NCBI GenBank assembly: GCA_013265495.1
Contig: MU058290.1
Coordinates: forward strand, 62,001 to 126,000
DNA length: 64,000 nt
DNA from: Vicugna vicugna
Taxonomy: Eukaryota
Reading direction: 5' to 3'
Shown: one piece after another, positions 62,354-64,000 of the stretch
How positions within the stretch are numbered: the first letter of the stretch is position 1
Layout: every line of letters begins with the position of its first letter
Program-made: the position numbers and the translations under genes
Notes under the pieces: generated by a model
Seen by the model: the letters and a program-made list of their open reading frames with translations, nothing else
What the model was told of the DNA's origin: nothing
The model's database searches: none

Positions 62354-62468
62354 GGGAAGGTATTGCTCAGTGGTAGAGTATGTGCTTAGCATGCGTGAGT
62401 TCCTGGATTCAATCCCCAACACCTCTATAAATAAGGAAACTTAATTACCTACCCTTCCCCAAATAAAA
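62354..62468 (+). mobile_element. tRNA-derived SINE (Vic-1-like)
   Basis: GGGAAGGTATTGCTCAGTGGTAGAGTATGTGCTTAGCATGCGTGAGTTCCTGGATTCAATCCCCAACACCTC...AAACTTAATTACCT. Confidence 0.88.
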
Positions 62469-63392
62469 TCAAGTGAAATATTACCCATGCTATAGGCTTT
62501 CAAAAAAGCAAAAAAACAAAAAAAAATTACTCTGGGTTAAAGTGTAAATAGACAGGGAAGATGTCACAGGAGAGGAAGCAGTGGTGCTGCCCAGGTCGCC
62601 GGAATCCTGACAACCAGATGGACCCTTTGTTCAGCTCTCCGAGCATCACTGGTCCCACATCATCTCCTCCTTCTCTGCCTCATCTCACACAGCTCTGCCT
62701 GCCCGCTTCTCTGCCCCTCCTTCCCCTGTGAGACCCAATAAGAGGAATTCCCAGAGAACAAATACAATTTCACTTCTTGCCTTGCAACCAGCTGGAATCA
62801 GTCTCCAGAGGATCTACTTGCCAAAGGACCTGGTAAAGACCGAAATCCCATGACTGAGACTCAGTGGGAAAAGAGATGAGAGAGAGGGAAAATAGCATTG
62901 CGTATTTTTTTAAGTGGCTACCCTGTACCAGGAACTGTGTGAGGCTGAGGAGACACAGCGGTAGTGAGGACCGCGTTGGGCGAAATCACTGTGACCACTA
63001 TGGAGACTACAGACCCTACCGATGAGATTACAGACACGGGGAAAAGGCAGAGAAATAACGAGATGATTCTGGGCACTTTATACATATTATCTTATATAAT
63101 TCTCATATTTCCTTTTTTTTCCCACAAGGGGAAACTGAAGTTAGTTGAATGAGGTAGAATAAATTTTTGTTAGTAGATAAGCAGGGATTTGAAGTTGGGT
63201 CTTCAGACGCCACAGCTGATAGATTGTCTTCTCACTGCATCATACTTTCATTAACAGATATAACAGTATTAACTTACAAGTACGGGTCAACCCTGGGAAT
63301 GTCATAAGGAAAAGACAGCTATCCTCCTAACATTTTCCTTATTTTTCATCTCTTTTAATTTTTACTGCAGAAGAGTTTGCCCTAGATCTGAG

Positions 63393-63992
63393 ATGGAGAC
63401 CTTCTCTCTGCTGCGACTTGGCCTATGGTTGGTTTTTGCAGGAGCTCCAGAAAGTATAACGGAGGTAATTAAAGAAGAATTTTTAGAGGAAGAGATGCAA
63501 TATGACACGGCAAAATGTGACCAAGAAAAGCAGACCGTTGTGGTTTTAATGAATTGGACTCTGTTAGATAGAAATACCAGCCTCAGTATGTCCAATGATG
63601 TGAGGTCGTTCTCATTACTGACATTCAGAAGATTGTGTTATAGCTTCCCCCAAAGAAGTGGTCCAGTTAGTAACAAAAAGCACTACAATGACGTGACAGT
63701 CTGGAGAAAAGTTTCAGAAGCTAATGGGTCATGCAAGTCAAGTAACAACTTCATTTATGGCTCCATGGAAGTGATCTGCGGGGTCTCCGAGGCTCCCAGC
63801 TGCAAGAGTGGGCAGAATCCTGGCATAAGCTGCTCTGAGAGCCTGGAACACGGGACCACTACATGCCAGCTCACCATGGGCAAACAGTCCCCCAGGTGCC
63901 AACACCACAGTGTCACCTCATTAAAGAAAATGATGGTGGTGCTGACAAGTCATTCTCTGATGAGCTGGTTAGTTAGTGACTCTAAGTTGTAA
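63393..63992 (+). CDS. RNASE11: Probable ribonuclease 11 (non-canonical RNase A family), 199 aa
   Basis: METF.LL signal peptide; IKEEF.EEEMQYD.AK, VWRKVSEANGSCK.SNNFI, QNPGISC, HSLMSWLV..SKL match RNASE11; polypyrimidine tract and TGCAG acceptor end at 63370. Confidence 0.95.
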   Translation: METFSLLRLGLWLVFAGAPESITEVIKEEFLEEEMQYDTAKCDQEKQTVVVLMNWTLLDRNTSLSMSNDVRSFSLLTFRRLCYSFPQRSGPVSNKKHYNDVTVWRKVSEANGSCKSSNNFIYGSMEVICGVSEAPSCKSGQNPGISCSESLEHGTTTCQLTMGKQSPRCQHHSVTSLKKMMVVLTSHSLMSWLVSDSKL

Positions 63993-64000
63993 ACCCCACA

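Noticed and set aside
15705..62468. Five additional tRNA-like sequences (TAGCTCAGTGGTAGAG...GTTCAAT)
   Set aside because: Mutually diverged, with A-rich tails and, for three of them, visible TSDs; these are SINE copies, not tRNA genes.
63981..63992. C-terminal SKL (peroxisomal PTS1) in RNASE11
   Set aside because: The protein has an N-terminal signal peptide and would enter the secretory pathway, so the motif is probably incidental.

Overview
Mammalian (eukaryotic) genomic DNA, most likely from a camelid, judged from five copies of a tRNA-derived SINE resembling the camelid Vic-1 type. Gene content matches the OR6S1 / tRNA-cluster / RNASE12-RNASE11 segment of the RNase A gene cluster (human 14q11.2, reverse orientation). 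The window holds 11 intact tRNA genes: 4 intron-containing Tyr-GTA in a diverged GC-rich tandem array at 0.7-6.9 kb, 2 Thr-TGT, Pro-TGG, 2 Pro-AGG, Leu-TAG and Leu-AAG. There is also one Tyr-derived pseudo-tRNA with a GCA triplet at the anticodon position, and three intact single-coding-exon genes (OR6S1, RNASE12, RNASE11). The remainder is largely L1, L2, MIR, LTR and DNA-transposon relics, several nested with visible target-site duplications. Most ORFs in the track are spurious. I found no convincing wholly new biological system. The best leads are the conserved cassette repeated around the Tyr tRNA genes, Pol II-like CpG promoters wedged between tRNA genes next to RNase genes, a promoter-intact Tyr/Cys pseudo-tRNA, two unidentified polyadenylated retrocopies, a remodelled cysteine set in RNASE11, and possible decayed RNase-like exons. 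Repeat family names and orthologue comparisons are from memory and need confirmation; repeat boundaries without TSDs are approximate.
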